NCBI GenBank assembly: GCA_964476505.1
Contig: CAYZAW010000005.1
Location: 1,205-65,204 of the forward strand
Length of the DNA: 64,000 nt
Direction: 5' to 3'
DNA from: an uncultured Oscillospiraceae bacterium
GTDB lineage: Bacteria > Bacillota > Clostridia > Christensenellales > CAG-138
Part shown: positions 63,071 to 64,000 of the stretch, in pieces
Layout of the letters: every line of letters begins with the position of its first letter
Numbering within the stretch: position 1 is the stretch's first letter
Made by a program: the position numbers and the translations under genes
Notes under the pieces: generated by a model
Told to the model about the DNA's origin: nothing
Database searches by the model: none
The model's input: the letters and a program-made list of their open reading frames with translations, nothing else

Positions 63071-63793
63071 ATGCTCGTATTGTTTGTGCGTGCGATCATA
63101 CTCTATATTGTTGTGTTCGTTGTGATCCGTATGACGGGCAAGCGGCAGATCAGCGACCTGCAACCCTTCGATTTGGTCATTACGCTGCTCATCGCGGATC
63201 TTGCCACCGACCCCATTGCAGATACGAGCATTCCGCTGGTATACGGTGTATTGCCAATTCTAGCCATGTTCCTCATCCAGCGGCTGGTGGCATACCTGTC
63301 CCTCAAAAGCGCCGGGATACACAATATCCTATCCGGTAAGCCCATACTGGTGATCGTGAATGGGGTAATGCAGGAGGATGAAATGCGAAAAAACTGTTAT
63401 ACCATCAACGACCTTTTGGAGCAGCTGCGGGCAAAGGATACCTTTGATATCAGCGAGGTCGCTTATGCCATCGTGGAAACGGACGGTTCCTTATCCGTGC
63501 TGAAAAAGGACGCTGCGCAGACTCCCACAAAAAGCGACCTGCATTTGAAAACGAACCCGGCACAGCCTTGCCATACCTTGATACTGGACGGAAAAACGCA
63601 GCTGCCCGCGCTTGATGAATGCGGGCATACGGAGCGCTGGCTGCAACAGCAGCTTCTGCGGGTGGGACAAACGGAGGTCAAGCATGTGTTTTATGCAAGC
63701 CTTGCGCCAAACGGGCAGTTATATTTGCAGCCTCGTATGAAACAAAACGGCGGAAAAGCGGAGTCTTATCACATACAGACGGGAGCGAAGTAG
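63071..63793 (+). CDS. DUF421 (YetF-like) membrane protein
   Basis: It has an N-terminal TM region with R.TGKRQISDLQPFDLVITLLIADLA, and a C-terminal DUF421 domain. Confidence 0.75.
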   Translation: MLVLFVRAIILYIVVFVVIRMTGKRQISDLQPFDLVITLLIADLATDPIADTSIPLVYGVLPILAMFLIQRLVAYLSLKSAGIHNILSGKPILVIVNGVMQEDEMRKNCYTINDLLEQLRAKDTFDISEVAYAIVETDGSLSVLKKDAAQTPTKSDLHLKTNPAQPCHTLILDGKTQLPALDECGHTERWLQQQLLRVGQTEVKHVFYASLAPNGQLYLQPRMKQNGGKAESYHIQTGAK

Positions 63794-63794
63794 C

Positions 63795-64000
63795 ATGGCA
63801 AGACGTATCGCTACCGTTTGCATCGTGCTACTGCTGCTGTTTTTATTCATCGTGCCGTCAATGTCCCTAAAGCGCGCCTGCTTGGCGCTTCGGACGGATG
63901 CAAAGGGAACGCTTGCTGCCGTGTTCCGCGAGGATTGGGATGACGCGACCGCGCTTTTAACGCATGCCAATGATTTGTTTTTTAGCTACCGGGACGGTAT
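63795..64000 (+). CDS. DUF4363-like small membrane-anchored protein, partial (runs off the right edge)
   Basis: ATG 63795 is open to the window end (MARRIATVCIVLLLLFLFIV...EDWDDATALLTHANDLF). It is not in the ORF track because there is no stop. DUF421 and DUF4363 commonly occur as a pair. Confidence 0.45.
   Translation, partial: MARRIATVCIVLLLLFLFIVPSMSLKRACLALRTDAKGTLAAVFREDWDDATALLTHANDLFFSYRDG

Overview
The window is about 64 kb of high-GC chromosome from what looks like a spore-forming Firmicute, probably Clostridia. That placement rests on gene content: gerQ, cwlJ, DUF421 (YetF-like), ECF transporters and a homocitrate/isopropylmalate-synthase-family gene. It is inference, not a database hit.

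Gene order, left to right:
- A very large c-di-GMP signalling gene running off the left edge; it is absent from the ORF track.
- A Crp-family regulator with an ABC importer, a choloylglycine-hydrolase-family amidase, and an Fe-ADH with an SGNH hydrolase.
- carA, then a carB that is translationally fused to a DapF-like domain.
- A second PAS-GGDEF-GAF protein, a PadR/DUF4097 trio, ThiF-like and rhomboid genes, and an OmpR-type two-component system.
- A minus-strand block: two tandem DUF62 SAM-hydrolase paralogues, an ECF transporter (S, fused A-A, T) and an N-formylglutamate-amidohydrolase-family gene.
- A selenium-utilisation cluster: LysR, class V desulfurase/lyase, yedE, yedF-like, DUF3343 and selD.
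- An S41 peptidase, the homocitrate/IPM-synthase-family gene, thrC, a C-N hydrolase, comEC and holA.
- A spore module (gerQ-like, cwlJ-family, amidase), a complete agmatine deiminase operon (ptcA-aguD-aguA-aguC), then DUF421 and DUF4363.

The most notable observation is that the cwlJ/sleB-family spore cortex-lytic gene is split into a 22-codon 5' piece (about 57.6 kb) and a 120-codon 3' piece (about 47.6 kb). The interruption is a 9,961-bp AT-richer element. It carries an intact large serine recombinase at one end, a 7-gene CDP-sugar, glycosyltransferase and methyltransferase cassette, an IS remnant and a defective tRNA-Ala-like sequence. It is flanked by an 8-bp near-identical core, and its terminal inverted repeats rebuild a palindromic attP. 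This looks like a skin/SPbeta-type sporulation intervening element in a mother-cell gene, with spore-glycan-like cargo.

Secondary leads are the CarB-DapF fusion, in which the first catalytic Cys is Gly; the DUF62 x2/ECF/FGase block; and four stem-loops between yedE and yedF.

All calls come from reading the sequence and the supplied translations. No searches were run.
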